A DNA stretch of 64,000 nt. Origin: Heteronotia binoei. Its lineage: Eukaryota. The notes under the pieces were generated by a model. That model ran no database searches. It saw only the letters and a list, made by a program, of their open reading frames with translations, and was not told the DNA's origin. The position numbers and the translations under genes are program-made. The DNA lies in contig NC_083228.1 in NCBI RefSeq assembly GCF_032191835.1, positions 50,902,001-50,966,000 on the forward strand, written 5' to 3'. Below are positions 63,301 through 64,000 of this stretch, one piece after another; the first letter of the stretch is position 1; the number at the start of each line of letters is the position of its first letter.

Positions 63301-64000
63301 CTAGATATAAAACAATTCTAATGAATTATTTTTATCATTCAAATAGAAAATAAAATGTAAATTTGGATGTTAATTTTGATTACAGCTTTAAGGAGGAATT
63401 ACGGTACTTCATAGACCATAATCTTGAATCCATTTAAAAGCTCAAGAACTATACTGGAGTCATTTTAAAAACCAATAATATGCTTTCTAAGACAGTGTCA
63501 TCTGTTAGAAGACTGATGAAATCCTGAATTCAAGACACAACTTGATCAGTAGTTCACTGGATGATTTTGAGGAAGTGGCTATATTTGCAGTTCTCAGTAT
63601 ACGAAAGAGGAAAAATAATTACATATTATTCAGGACTGTAATGGAATGGATGATGTACAAAGCACTTTGAACATCAAATAAAGCATTAATTTCAAGACTG
63701 CAGCTGTAAGAAGAGAAAAAAATTAAACTATCAAAATTAGCATATATGAAAGCTTCTGTACTATGAGGGTCCATTCAGTGGCCTAAGTTGGCTGAACTCC
63801 ATAAAAAAATTGGCACTGAGCATTCACTGAGCAATGTATGATTGCATACTATGTACTGTGTAGTGTAGTGTAGTGTAGTGTATATTTAATAAAAACTTGG
63901 TTGGATCCAAGTACTGTGAGATAAATGTAGTATGCATGATAGGACTTTCTACTTTCCCCCTTCCTCCACAGCCCACTGAATCCCTTGAAATTCTGCTCTT

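Overview
This is vertebrate genomic DNA, most likely from a squamate reptile and probably a gecko (inferred from the repeat families). Two genes converge tail-to-tail, as in human: the last five exons of ADAM12 on + (8575..23737, long 3' UTR to about 28.2 kb) and the last six exons of FANK1 on - (63300..38960). Exon lengths, GT-AG sites and phases are mutually consistent. The rest is dense in transposable elements. These include a structurally complete but mutated 5.5-kb DIRS1-type tyrosine-recombinase retrotransposon (inverted terminal repeats plus internal complementary region), several Penelope-like elements with hammerhead-ribozyme motifs (one apparently intact), a young 5'-truncated L2, and CR1 and BovB 3' ends. 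There are also tRNA-derived SINEs, many hAT-type non-autonomous elements with 8-bp TSDs, a processed MRPL9 pseudogene, a 203-bp local duplication bracketing the ADAM12 transmembrane exon, and a multi-level nested insertion around a 159-N gap. I found no CRISPR array, rRNA or true tRNA gene, and no convincingly new system. The best leads are the intact hammerhead, the DIRS element and the duplication. All identifications are by eye, without database searches.
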